DNA from: Octopus bimaculoides
Taxonomy: Eukaryota
Assembly: GCF_001194135.2 (NCBI RefSeq)
Contig: NC_068982.1
Span: forward strand, 104,340,205 to 104,404,204
DNA: 64,000 nucleotides
Reading direction: 5' to 3'
Shown here: one piece after another, positions 27,278-41,043 of the stretch
How the letters are laid out: each line of letters begins with the position of its first letter
How positions within the stretch are numbered: the first letter of the stretch is position 1
Translations under genes and position numbers: made by a program
The notes under the pieces: model-generated
Database searches by the model: none
What the model saw: only the letters and a program-made list of their open reading frames with translations
What the model was told of the DNA's origin: nothing

Positions 27278-29106
27278 GTGAGTTTTGCCCTTTTTAATAT
27301 AATAACTCTCTTGTACTTTATTTGTTCATTTGCAAATAGAAATAGTTTACAGTGTAGACTCTATGGTCATGCTGTATTATTTAATCATCTTCCAGTGATT
27401 TCGTAGAGATAAAGAAATGGTCAATGAGGGTGTGTGTGTGTGTGTGTTTACCGAGTGGGTGTCTGATGTCTATGCATGTGTTTCTGTCAGCCTCCCAGTC
27501 CCTTCAAAGGCTGACCTGACACCAAGACTCCACCAGCTTCTTGTTCAGCTCTGTGGTCCAAGAAATTCTCCTTTCTGATGCGTCTGGTGTCACTGAAATG
27601 CTGATTTCATTTCTAACAACACCATGTGACACATTTTGAACAATAGTAGCCCAGTTACCAGTACCCATTTTGAACTTAGTGCATCTCTTCATTTGCTTAA
27701 CCGAGCCTGAATGAGCTAAGTTTTTGCAAGAAACCTGCAAAACTTTAAGTTGCATGGCGCCAAATCAAACTGTATTAAATAATAATTCCTACTAATTGTA
27801 TTTAGTGCCTTTTTCTTTCATTTGTCTACTCACTCATACATACATACATACATTTGTACATAAGTATATACATACATTTATATATATATATGTATATATA
27901 CATAGGCACAGGAGTGGCTGTGTGGTAAGTAGCTTGTTTACCAACCACATGGTTTTGGGTTCAGTCCCACTGCATGGCACCTTGGGCAAGTGTCTTCTAC
28001 TATAGCCTCAGGCCGACCAAAGCCTTGTGAGTGGATTTGGTAGATGGAAACTGAAAGAAGCCCGTCGTATATATGTATATATATATAAAAACAAATAGTA
28101 AATGAGTATATGCATATATACGTACAGGTATGTGCATACCGACATCCACCTGTATATATAGGTGCATATCTGGGTACAGGACATTGCAAACCAAATGTAG
28201 ACGAGAAAACACACAAGCCACATAGAGAACATTCTACTTNNNNNNNNNNNNNNNNNNNNNNNNNNNNNNNNNNNNNNNNNNNNNNNNNNNNNNNNNNNNN
28301 NNNNNNNNNNNNNNNNNNNNNNNNNNNNNNNNNNNNNNNNNNNNNNNNNNNNNNNNNNNNNNNNNNNNNNNNNNNNNNNNNNNNNNNNNNNNNNNNNNNN
28401 NNNNNNNNNNNNNNNNNNNNNNNNNNNNNNNNNNNNNNNNNNNNNNNNNNNNNNNNNNNNNNNNNNNNNNNNNNNNNNNNNNNNNNNNNNNNNNNACGGC
28501 CAGACGAGAAAAATTATTTGTGTATGAACGCTGTGAGGCACGAACTTGAAAGTAGGGACGAGGTAGTTCGCGTGTTTGCTTGGCGATAGCCAAGGAAGAA
28601 AAGGATTATTGACCGGAAGCATGTGACCATGCCGGTGTAAGGGGAAGAGAGAGAGTGGTAGAGGGAGAAACAAAGGGAGGAAGTAGAAGAATAGGTGAGC
28701 AACGAGAGGAAAAGAGAAAGAGAGGAAGTACGAGGGGGGAAAAAAGAGATACGTAGTAGTAACAGAGGAAGAACGAGAGGGGTAAAGCGAGATACGTAGT
28801 AGTAAAGAGGAAGAACGAGAGGGAGAAAAAATGATAGAGGAAGAGAAAGAGAAAGAGATAGAGATAGAGTAGCGTCGGAAAATATGAAGTTACGTTCAGT
28901 CATGTAAAAACAAATAGTAAATGAGTATATGCATATATACGTACAGGTATGTGCATACCAACATCCACCTGTATATATAGGTGCATATCTATATAGATNN
29001 NNNNNNNNNNNNNNNNNNNNNNNNNNNNNNNNNNNNNNNNNNNNNNNNNNNNNNNNNNNNNNNNNNNNNNNNNNNNNNNNNNNNNNNNNNNNNNNNNNNN
29101 NNNNNN

Positions 29107-29139
<33 letters not shown>

Positions 29140-29469
29140 GTGTGTATATGTTTGTGTGTCTGTGTTTGTCCCCCCAACATCGCTTGACAACCGATGCTGG
29201 TGTGTTTAAGTCCCCATAACTTAGCGGTTTGGCAAAAGAGACCGATAGAATAAGTACTAGGCTTTCAAAGAATAAGTCCTGGAGTCGATTTGCTCGACTA
29301 AAGATGGTGCTCTAGCATGGCCACAGTCAAATGACTGAAACAAGTAAAAGAGTATATATGTGTGTGTGTTGTACAAGCAATGTACAAAAACCAAAAGCAC
29401 ATGACCAAACAGGAGGAACAAGTTTTAAAAAGGAAGGGAAAGAATCATATTTCAGGCACTAGCCTTCAT

Positions 29470-29885
29470 CACAAGAAAAGTAAAGGAAAAGTGTGAAAGA
29501 GGAAAAGTGGTTGAGAAGAGAAAAATAATTGGTAAGATGTGAAAGGAGGGCATCAAGGCAAACAGAAATGAATTCAGTAGGGTTGTTATAAGCAGAGATG
29601 ATCGGACAACTGGAGTTTTGCAGCTTATGGATCTTGGGGAAGAAGTATGTAGTGGAGGTACAGAGATGTGAATGACAAGATTGACAGAAGTTGGAGAGGA
29701 GGGAGAGGAAGATTTGACAGATGGTAAAGGAAACACTGTGTAGGTAGAGGGGTGTGTGATCTGAAGGCAAAAGTCTTTAGAAGAGGGTGTTCTGGAGCTG
29801 TCACATAGCTTCAGTTGACCTGCCTTGCCCCAATAGTGCTGCCCTTGTCTTCCAGTTTGAAGACAATAACATTGTGGCATTGAAG
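29470..29885 (-). mobile_element. Decayed Penelope-like reverse transcriptase fragment
   Basis: Minus-strand frames give NVIVFKLEDKGST (IKPADKG-like) and YFFPKIHKLQNSSCPIISAYNNPTEFIS (LPKIHK..RPIVS..PT..IS-like), with stops and frameshifts. Confidence 0.75.
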
Positions 29886-30399
29886 AGAGTGGAGAATGAC
29901 AAGTTTTGCCCAGGAATTATTAGTGCATTATAAATACCTTCAGGAGTCAAAGTCATCTACTGTATGATAACAGGCATCAGTAAATAGGTCCAGGGTGCTG
30001 AACTGGCCAACATTCCAGGTTCAAAACAATCAGAAGCATTCTGTGTGTTACTAAAAAGGTGTATAGTTTGATGCAATGCAGAAACCATTTGACCTCAGCA
30101 TAGTCTGGAGTTCATCTCTGGTAGGTGTTTCACTGATGATATATATTATTTTAATATATTTATGCTTCAAACTGTTTGTTGAATCAGTTTGTCTACATAA
30201 CACACACACACACACACACACACATGCACAAACAAACACAGATAATATTTGTATATGATGCCTATGTGCAAACAGCCACATTGCATGGCAGCAAAACATG
30301 GGTTGTGACTGTAGAAGACATATGAAAGCTTGAAAGAAATGAGGCTAGAATGTTCTGCTAGATGTGTAATGTCAGTGTACATGTACAACAGAGTGTAAG

Positions 30400-30958
30400 T
30401 TTTCTTAAGAGAAAAATTAGGTATAAGAGGTATCAGATGTAGTGTGCAGGAGAGAAGACTGCACTGGTTTGGTGCTTATGGATGAGGACAGCTGTATGTG
30501 ATGCTTATGGACAAAGACAGTTGCATAAAGAAGTGCCAATCTCTAATTGTGAAAGGAACCTGTGGAAGAGGTAGACCCATGAAGAATGGGATGAGGTGGT
30601 GAAATGTGATCTTAGGATGCTGAATCTCACAGAGGTGATGACAAGTGTCTGGGACTTTTGGTGAATTGCTGTGTTTCAGAAGATGCATCAAATTAAGTGA
30701 AATCCTGGTCATGGCCTAGTGCCAGTGATGTGTGAATGGCACCTGTGCTAATGACAAGTAAAAGGCACCTGTGCCAGTGACACATAAAAGGCACTCACTA
30801 CACTCTTTGAAGCGATTGGCATTAAGACAGACATCCAGCTGTAAAAGCTAAGTCAAAACAGAGTGAAGCCAGGCACATCTGTCTGACTTACCATCTCCAA
30901 TCAAACTATCTTACCAATGCCAACATGGAAAATGGATGTTAAATGACGATGATGATAT
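30400..30958 (+). mobile_element. RTE-clade LINE 3' end (ORF C-terminus + 3'UTR + (GAT)n tail)
   Basis: REKLGIRGIRCSVQERRLHWFG...GTCGRGRP...DEVVKCDL, followed by the GGCAC...CATCCAGCTGTA...GTTAAATGACGATGAT tail. Confidence 0.85.
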
Positions 30959-32029
30959 AGTGTGAATTAAATCAGACAGCATACAACCAGTGTTTAGAAT
31001 TCCATGTGCATTTTTATACATTGAAAGAGAAATGTGTGAAGAATATTCATATTATCATTAAAGTTTTGTTCTACTGATCTTCATAATTACAAAGATTGTA
31101 TATACAGATATGTATGTATATATATATAAGTGAACTAGAAAAAATATGGAGATTATTTTAAGAAAGCCTTGTAGAAATTAATGAGATTTTGAAAGATTGA
31201 CAGAAGGCTGTGTTAGTATTTTCTAATTAACTAGAAGGCTAGATTAGTAATCAGACTATTGTTGCAACAGGCTGTTTGTTTTGTCGTTGTCGTCGTCATC
31301 ATCATCATGGTCATCATTATCATCATCAACAAATTCATCATTATTGTTAACATTTTCACAATTATCATCAATAGCATTATCATCAGTGCTATGATGATCA
31401 TTGCAAAAGGAAATAGTGAAGTTGTTACAGTAGGAGAGGCTGTGGTGGTCCTTGTGGAGGTCCTTGTCAAACAGTACAACCCCACCAGTAGACACAATAT
31501 CTTCAGTCAACAACCTCACGATATTGTATACTGTGCGACGTCTATAATGATAATAATAATTTATTACATTGGCACAAGGCTTGGATAGGGAATAGTTGAT
31601 ATATCAACCCCAGTACTTGACTGGTATTTTAATTTATTAACCCCAGAAAGGTGAAAGGCAAAATTGGTCTTGGCAGGATTTGAAATTGGAGTGTAAAAGT
31701 TACAAAAAGTGTCAAAAGGCATTTTGTCCAACATTCTAATTCTCTCATTAATAATAGTAACAATCATCATAATCGTCATCATCATCACCACCACTATTAA
31801 TATTTTACTGGATATTTTAAAAGCATGATGATAGTGAGAGTATTGAAACATAGAGTCAGGTACTGCTACCACCACCATCATCATAATTATCCCCCAGGCC
31901 ATGATAACATTAACCTCTACCTCCTGTTTATGACCATCATCATTATCATCAACGTCAACATTGTTATCATCATCATTTACAACAACAATGAGAGAACATC
32001 TACAAGCCAATGAAGAAACCTTTGCATGT

Positions 32030-32220
32030 TTGCTGAATCTACAAGAAGTAGCAGCCAAAATCTCCCTCAAATCACACCCTGTTATCTTAAAAGGAAAAAA
32101 AAAATGGATAATGTAGTCCAACATTACACTGTCTGAAAAAACAAAGGCAAGATTATCATAGCTAGAATGCCCTTAATTGTAGATCTGCTCACAATTAAGG
32201 CTGACCTGTAACTAAACAAT
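32030..32220 (+). repeat. Further short interspersed repeat family (fragments ~17855, 32670, 33040, 34750, 38960; minus strand ~10590, 11530, 45940)
   Basis: Shared CTGCTAGAAATAGCAGCCAAATCTCCCTCAAATCAC motif and GGCTGACCTGGGGCTAAACAACAAC tail. Confidence 0.75.
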
Positions 32221-32418
32221 AAAATCATCCCTGTCACCATTATCGTCCCGACCATCATTGTCATAACCATCTTAATCACTATCAGCTTTATTTTCATCTC
32301 CTTAAAGTTTTTCTCGTTTTTTCGCAACCAAACAGATAATACATTTGTAATATAATTGAATTTTTCTTGACTTGTCTTCTCCCTTCATCTTATATCTATC
32401 TTTTACTTTGTCTTGTAG

Positions 32419-32589
32419 ATTGAAAATTCCGGTGATCCTTTCTTGGACTTCAAAAACCCAAACAGTATGACGTATTGGGAGTGTTTATACTTTTTACTGG
32501 TTACAATGTCAACTGTGGGCTTTGGAGATATCTATGCCAAAACAGTTCTCGGCAGAATATTTATTGTACTATTTATCCTATGCTCTTTG
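32419..32589 (+). CDS. KCNMA1: BK/Slo1 exon, turret, pore helix, selectivity filter and most of S6 (IENSGDP...[39 protein letters not shown])
   Basis: TTGTAG acceptor, GTAAGT donor at 32590. 171 nt, phase 0 to 0. K+ filter TVGFGD. Confidence 0.98.
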
Positions 32590-33453
32590 GTAAGTAAATC
32601 TTATTTGCTGTTATTCTTTCAATAGCATTTAATCTAAGCCGTTATTATGGCCAGGCATTAAGCTAAAAGATTCTGCATGGTTATTTGATCTGCTAGAAAT
32701 AGCAGCCAACTCTCCTTCAGATCATACAATGGGTGCAGACATGGCTGTATGGTTGTGCTGACATAGCTATATGATTAAGGAGTTCATTTTGCAACCCATG
32801 TGGTTGTGGGTTCAATCCCACTTTGTTGCTCTTGGAGTAAATGTCTTCTACCATAGTTTCACAATAAATACCTTCTGAATTTTGTGTAGCTGGAATCTAT
32901 GTTGAAGCCGGTTATAGGCATAATGTAACCCAAGATATATTATGCAGAATGGTTACTGCAGGATCAAGGCTGACCTGGGGTCAAAACACAACAACATTAT
33001 GCCAATATGGGAATCTCTACGAAGTCATTCAACGGATAGAAATTGAAACCAAATCTCCCTCAAATTACGTTCTGTTGTCTTAAGATTATAAAGTAAACAT
33101 TGGTTAATATAGTCCTAAAATCACTGGAACAGAGTTGAATTGAACAATTGGGGCTAAGCAACAACAACAACATAGTTTTAGTGAGTATGATAAAGGTGTA
33201 ATGATGATGATGATGATGAAGATATAACATTTCTGAAAAAATTATATTTATTAATCAGGCTTACATTATAAATGCTTTCCAAGGAATAATTGACGAGGTG
33301 CTGGTGTGACTGTGTGGTTGGAAGTTTGCTTCTTAACCTCATGGTTCCAGGTTCAGTCTCACTGCTGCACCTTGAGCAAGTGTCTTCAACTATAGCCTTG
33401 AACCAACCAAAGCCTTGTGACTGGATTTAGTAGATGGACACTGAAAGAAGCCT

Positions 33454-33502
<49 letters not shown>

Positions 33503-34279
33503 TATATGTGTGTGTTTTTGTGTGTGTGTCTTTGTAATTGTGATTGTCCCCACCACCACTTGATAACCAGTGCTGGTTTGTTTATGCCCCCATAACTTAG
33601 TGGTTTGGCAAAATAGACTGATATAGTAAGTAACAGGCTTAAGGAAAATAGATACTGGGTCAAATTGCTCAACTAAACTCTTCAAGGCAGTGCCCTAGGA
33701 TGGCTGCAGTCTAATGACTGAAACAAGTAAAAGATAAAGGATGAAAGTTGATAGACAAAGTTTCACTCACTAAACACACTTCAAGTACTTGGTCAAGAAA
33801 GAAGAGGGAGCTTCTACATGGTTCTTGATCTTACTTGCTTTACAACAGCATTCACCTGAGGTGGGTTGAGCTGGCTCTGACCAACAAGTTCATTATGTCC
33901 TTCAAGAATGCTGACCACAGCTGATAAAGTAATGCTTCTGCTTGTAGCCCAAAAATCCAGCTTGCAAATTTGATAAATAACTCACAGGGAGAGTAAGTAC
34001 TTCAGATAGCGCTGACACTGTAATTATCGTCATCATTTGCTGTTGAGGTGTTGAGTTCATGTTCGGAGTTTCAGTGAAAGTACGAGTTCACAAGTGGTCT
34101 TGGTTACAGTCTTTTACTTGTTTCAGTCATTTGACCATGGTCATGCTGGAGCACTGCCTTCAAGAGTACTTGTTCTATCGGTCTCTTTGCTGAACTGCTA
34201 AGTTATGGGGATGTAAACACACCAACACCAGTTGTTAAGCAATGATAGACAGACAAACACAGACACAAAGACACATAGA

Positions 34280-34334
<55 letters not shown>

Positions 34335-37300
34335 GACAGGCTTCTTTCAGTTTCTGCCTACTTAATCCACTCATAAATCTTTGGTCAGCCTGAAGCTTCA
34401 GTAGAAGACACTTGCCCAAGGTGCCATGCAGTGGGACTGAACCCAAAACCATATGGTTGGGAAGCAAGCTTCTTACCACACAGTTATGCCTGCATGTACA
34501 CACTTTGAGATAATTTGATCCATAGCAGCTCAGCTTGCTATTTATTGTCAGCCATCATAGGGAATTCGCTGACTAAGTCACCACCAATTATCAGAGCAGA
34601 CGTAGCCTGGCTTCAAACAGGTTCTAGAGACATGCTTTAGCAAAAGCTTTGCTTCCAGTGGTCTTCCAGCATGCTGGATGCCAGCCCAGAATTTCTGAGG
34701 GCCCATGCTATTGCTAGATAGTCATTGAACCTACATTGGGTTTATCTGTTCTTGATTTACTAGAAACTGCAGCCAAATCTCCCTCAGATGACATCCTTGC
34801 CATTTTAGAAAAGAACTCCTTCTCACTTCCTTAAAACACTTTCTGTTTCTCCAAAGTAGCTGTCTGTGTACACTTCCCCTTTACAAGATCTCACTCATTG
34901 CAGCTTTATCTCTTCCTTCTGTTATACCAGTCTCGAACCTGCAAGATTTTGTCCAGGTATTTTTATCCAATACTTCTAATCTCTCTCTCTCTCCCTCCCC
35001 ATCTCAAACAACAACAAATCTCTGAAAATCCCCTAATCTGAGTCATTTGAGAGTTAAATGAATCAATCAGAAACACATCACAATTCCATTGATAGCATGA
35101 TTCACCAATATCTTTACTAACTTTCTAATATCTTCTTCACCTAACTGTCTGTGCTCTCCTCCTCAGATCAACTAATAAAGAAAATTAAAATCAAGTACAT
35201 TTAACTTCAAAATCCACAGTGAGATATGAGATATGAACTCATTATAAAAAGAGTATAACGTATCCACTCAGCCACTGCTTCTCACAAACTTTAATGATGA
35301 AAGAGAAAAGTCCAGAGCAATTTAAGATTTGATCCTGTTACAAATAATCAGGCTTGATTCTGTAACATTTGATCTCTAACCCCATAGTCACTGCACTTTT
35401 ACTAGTCTAAACATATCTGTATTCTCTTTGCATCTGTTCTTTTATAGCTAGCTGAATTGGACTGACCTCAACATTTTCCTTTTACTATTAAAAAAAAAAC
35501 CCTGCCTATGAGTTTTTTCTCAGGCACTTCAGAATTAACATCAGTAGACATAATAATGATGATGGCTATGAAGATAAGGAGAAGGAGGGATGTTCTAGGA
35601 ATTAATACATGATAAGCATAAAAAGTATGATGGCTATTTTTTTTCAACCCACTTCAAGAATTATTATCCATATGCCTCTACCATTTCACCTGATGCTAAA
35701 TAAATTATTTAACTAATGTCTATCATGGACCACCTATAAGATTTCAAGCAAGTTTTCCATTCCTTTATTCTGCCAGTGTATGCCAATTAATTGAAATTTC
35801 TGGCAATAACAATATTTTTCATATTTTTTTTACTATATACACAAATGCGCACACATTTGCACATACGTAGATATACATCCCTCTCTCTCTCTCCTTCTCT
35901 CTCTCTCTCTCTCCTTCTCTCTCTCTCTCTCCTTCTCTCTCTCTCTCTCTCCTTCTCTCTCTCCTTCTCTCTCTCCCTCTCTCCCTCCCTCTCTCTCTCC
36001 CCCTCTCTCTCTTTCCCTCTCTCTCTCTATCTATCTATCTCTTTCCCTCTGTATCTCTTGTCTTCTCTCTTTTCCTCTCTCCCTACATATATATAGTGTA
36101 TGTATGTATTTATGTATGTATGTATGCATATATGCAGTATGTACATGTGTGTGTATATGTGTGAATGTAGGCTGTGGCCATACTGAATTAGTGTCATGCA
36201 CACATTCTTACAAATACATAGACATGTACATCATTTTAAAGAAGCTCTTTTTTTTATTACAAACTGAATCAAACAACTTTGAGAAACACATTTTGTTGCT
36301 TATAAAATATTAAAAAAGTATTCTATTTCCTTTGTGGGGTTTTGTTTGTTTGTTTTGTTTTGTTTTTCTGTGTTGCTCATTAGCTTTATTTGAAAAGAAA
36401 ATACCTTCAAACTATTTCACTGGAACAGTATTCATAAACTGGACTATTAACCTAATCTTTCGTGTTACATTCAGCATTGCATTTTCATTGGTACATTCTC
36501 TGATCATATTTTAGCTGCTCTGTTTTTACATAACACACATATCTTTGTGTCTGTATATTATATATATCTAAATGGATTACATTCAGAAACACCAACCCAC
36601 TAAACTACCAAGCATGCTTCATTTTGCTCAGCCTGGGAACTGTGTAGAACCACATTGAAGGAATTGTATCTGTAATTCAAAAGTATAGCCTTGTCACATA
36701 CTGTGTCCTGCCGATTCTGCCTTAGAAATACATTATGTGTACATGTGTGTGTGAAAGAGCCACAAATATGTTGATCTGATGAGCAGGTTGATTGAACAAC
36801 TGAATTCTCTTTGTCAAACAATGGAGATACATCCATCCATGTGTGTATTGCTTTCTTTGAGATTTATTCCAAGTTCTTCTCCATGAAGTTCCAATCAGTT
36901 GCTATCAGAATGACAAGACTTTTAGATTTAAAACAGCTTTTGGTGTTTGTAAATGTGTGGTTGAACTAGTGTGTGCATGTATGTAGGTGTATGCACCTGC
37001 ATTTATGTGTTTTGTGTCTTTGTAGATACACACAACCAAGGGTGTGTATATATTCATTTAAAGAATCTTAAATAGAGAAACTTTGGAATGTCTTACAAAT
37101 TTTTATGATACCATTAATAGATTGGATTTAAAGGATGATTGTCTGTTTCTCTTGCTTTTTCTTAGAAAATACTTGTATGTGTGTATGCATGTGAGCATAT
37201 GTGTGCATGTGTAAGTATCTTTTATCTTTTACTTGTTTCAGTCATTAGACTGTGGCCATGCTGAGGCATCACCTTGAAGAAATTTTTATTTTTGTTAAGC

Positions 37301-37441
37301 CTGCTAGTTATTCTATCAGTTCCTTTTGCTGAACTGCTAAGCTATGGGATGTAAACACACCAACACCAGTTTTCAAGCAGTGGTGGGGGACAACACAGAC
37401 ACAAAGACACGCACACACACATAGAAATATCTATATCTATA

Positions 37442-37510
<69 letters not shown>

Positions 37511-37904
37511 CAGCAGACTTCTTTCAATTTCCATCTCCCAAATCTACTCACAAGGCTTTGGTCAGCCCAAAACTATTGTAGAAAACACTTGACCAAGGTG
37601 CCACTTGCCCTGTAATTGGGAAGCAAGCTTCTTACCACACAGCCACACCTGTGCTTATGCATACATATTTATCTAAGCAAACTCCACAATAATAAGTGCA
37701 GAGTACATGCTGTTTGTTTCGGTACTCCTATTTGTACTCGTTCATTTGTTCATTTTTACATCCATTTTCCTAGGCTGGCCTGAGTTAACTGAATATATCA
37801 TTGGTGCATTGTTTTACAGCTACTAACTCTTGTTAGTTAAGTAAGGAATATCAAATTCCACTCATCTTCAAAAGTGTAAAGCCAGCAAATGACTAATTGA
37901 CAAT

Positions 37905-38130
37905 GGAAATGATACAAGCATCACTGTACTTATAAGACAATATCAAAAGTTCTTAAGAACCAGTCACTATAGCTAGCATTTGGTGACCTGAGGAATGCCT
38001 TTGAAAAGTACCACACTTTGTTGTTCAGTGGTCATTAAGAAAGTTATCAATAGTTGAGGGCTTCTGAAAGCCCTGCAACCCATGTACAGAGATGCTATTA
38101 GCTTCTGAGATTGAGGTTCGGCAAAGAAAC
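37905..38130 (+). mobile_element. RTE-type reverse transcriptase fragment
   Basis: LAFGDLRNAFE (AFVDLEKAFD-like) and SLRKL..LKALQPMYRDA across frameshifts. Confidence 0.7.
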
Positions 38131-38173
38131 CATTTCTCATGGTTTATCTGCTAACTAGAGACTTAGTCTAAAC

Positions 38174-38388
38174 TAGTGGTTCTCTTTTTACCTATGGACC
38201 CCATTGATTCCTACTCTATTCTACTGGACTCCCATGTTTAAAAAAATCCTATTAAATTTTTATAATTAAATATTAGGAATTGTATATAAAAAAAATTGAA
38301 GTATAAGCAATTTATTGCTCATAAACTTTAACAACAAAATCTTATATAGACCCTCAAGTGTCATATGGACCTCACTTGAGAACCACTG
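38174..38388. mobile_element. Old hAT (Charlie-like) MITE
   Basis: TAGTGGTTCTC ... GAGAACCACTG ends, TSD GTCTAAAC vs ATCTAAAT (6/8). Related copy at ~40800-41043. Confidence 0.7.
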
Positions 38389-40298
38389 ATCTAAATGGTT
38401 GCAATTGCATGGAATTTGTTAAACACACCCAGGACCAAGAAGTTGGGGGTTTAAACTGGGCATCAGATGTATAAGTACAGCCTATCCAATACATTTTTAT
38501 GCAGTTTTCTTCTATCTAATTTTATTGACAGGCTTTATACATCGAGAAAGGCGCTTCAGTAACTGAGTAATTAACACTTTAACTATAAAATTAAATTTCA
38601 TGGTAATTCCAGTGAGAATGTTAAATATCTACCAAAAAAATATAATTGGTAATTGCTTATACAATTGACATATCTCAACAGGAAACAGTTTCAAACATGA
38701 CATTTCTCAAGAAAAGATAGATTGGTATATAAAACTGCTTTCCACAGATACAAGTAATGAAAATTTGAGTGGATATATCTGATTTTTACAGTAAAATGTT
38801 TAAGCTATTAATCTTTCAGCTGAACAACTGTGATTTTATATCCCGTCTGTAGAATTATACTCTGCCCATCAGTTAGATATTAAGCCCTTAATACCTAACT
38901 TATCTGAAAGTAGAGAATTTAGAATGTTAGAAAACAGCTAATGATATGGTGATGGTGCAATCTCTACATGGTCATACGATCTGCAAGAAGTGGCAGCCAA
39001 ATGTTTTTTAATGCCTAGTCAGGAAATGAAGGGAAGTATTCATGACCCTTTCAGAGACTCCATGACTGATGGGAGGAAGAGCATAAATTGTCCTCTCACT
39101 TGACCTAAACTGAATGCTTGCAACTAGGAAGACACTACTAAACACACCAACGAGACAAGAGATGGAGTTAAACTGGCCATGAGATCAAGTCCTAAATTCA
39201 GTAGTAGCATTGCAATAGTTCTTGGTGCCCAAGAGCAAGAACAATTTTGGAACACCCATTTTAATTAACAAACATGATGAGCCAGAGTAAATTTTGCACC
39301 TCTTCATATCTGTACCCAGGGGCATCTGCTCACCCCCAAATCCTTTTCTTACCTTCTTACATTACTGCTGGAATTTCATACACAAAAGTTTTCAGTGGTG
39401 CTGCAACAACTTTGTACATTGAGAGGACATTTATATATTATTTTACAAGGTATGGTGAGTCATAAAAGAATTTATGATTTTCCTGGAATAAAGACAAAAT
39501 ATGTTGACAATGTAAGAATCATCAGTGAAACCATAGAACTTTCTTGTTGAATAAACTGTCTTTGTAGAAAGTAATATCATTAATATAATCCAAGCCCTTT
39601 CTTTTGAAATATCTGGGTTATGTTTCTTGATTGCCAACACTAATATTCACATGGGTATCATCAAACTGCTATTTTGGTGATATCAGCTGTTGGCACCACT
39701 TTATTTCCTCTGCTTCACAAACACAGCACTGCTGTTTGGAAAGTTAGTATTCCTATCTTGCCAATTTTCTTTCAGCAGGTGCAGAAAAGAGGCACAATGC
39801 TTTTTATATTGCAAATACAAATAGGTCAAAAGCCTTGTAAGTTTTGGATTAGTTAAAGGTAAATGTGACTGAGATGTTATATGTGACCTTGATTAAAATA
39901 TGACATTGACTAAAATATTATAAAATGATCTAGTGATTCTACTCATCAATTTACTTCATATTTCATTTTGAAAAGAAATCTATAACGGAATTTGTCAATA
40001 ATACTTTCAAATTTGTTTTTTTATATTCTCCTCACCTCTTTCTCTTCCTCCCTCCTAAATTTAGCAGTGGCATAACAAGGATTCTATGTACCTGAAGCAA
40101 AGACAATTTAGGCACACCCATTTCAATTAACAGATGTAATAAGTGAGAGTAATTTTCACACTTGCACCTGGGGATATCTACAACCCCATATCTTTATTAC
40201 TTCCTCTTTCTCTGTAATCCAATTTCAAAAGGGTATGTGGATGTGCATATATATATATATATGTACATATATACATATTGACACATACATACATGCAT

Positions 40299-40383
<85 letters not shown>

Positions 40384-40799
40384 TACAGACACATGTAAGC
40401 ACATTCTCACACGTACAATCACACTCTTATATACAAGCACACAAACATGCTTATCATATGCTACATTCACTAAATTCTTTGAAAATAATGTTTTATGCTA
40501 ACATTTAGCAGGGATTTCAATTTCCGAAATTACCCTCACATACTTTTATTGTTAACACTTTGCAAACTTTAATAATATGCAACTTTAATATATATCCTGT
40601 ATTTGATATCAACTTTAATATCCTTAATTTTAAGAATCTGTGGTTCAAATTAGCATTAAAATATTTATATATTTAAAAATAACATTAAGGAATATAAACA
40701 TTATCTAAATTGTTAGACCCTTTTCTCTGTAAATAAAATAATTTGATCTGAAACTGTACAATTTCTGTATTAGAATTATGATACTCTGTTTGGTGCCTT

Positions 40800-41043
40800 G
40801 GACAAACCCTCAACCATTGTTTGCCTATAGACCCCTTGGACCCCTATTCTACTCCTACTGGACCTCCATAGTCATTTAATGTTTTAAAAAATCCCATTAT
40901 ATTTTTATAATTAAATATTAAGAATTGTATGAAAAAATTGTTAAAATATTTTGTGTATTGCAAACTGATTTATTGCACATAATTAGCAACTAAATTTGTT
41001 ATGGATCCCCAAGGGTCATGTGAACCCTGGTTAAGAACCACTG
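40800..41043. mobile_element. Second copy of the same hAT MITE family, left end decayed
   Basis: Internal similarity to 38174-38388, and a right end TTAAGAACCACTG followed by ATCTAGGG. Confidence 0.6.

Noticed and set aside
26990-27406. 138-aa ORF as a stand-alone gene
   Set aside because: Only 27126-27277 is homologous to Slo1 and bounded by splice sites. The rest is intron read-through.
31231-32327. Overlapping Ile/Met/Asp/His-rich ORFs on both strands
   Set aside because: Decayed (ATC)n/(GAT)n low-complexity sequence plus SINE fragments, with no domain signature or splice support.
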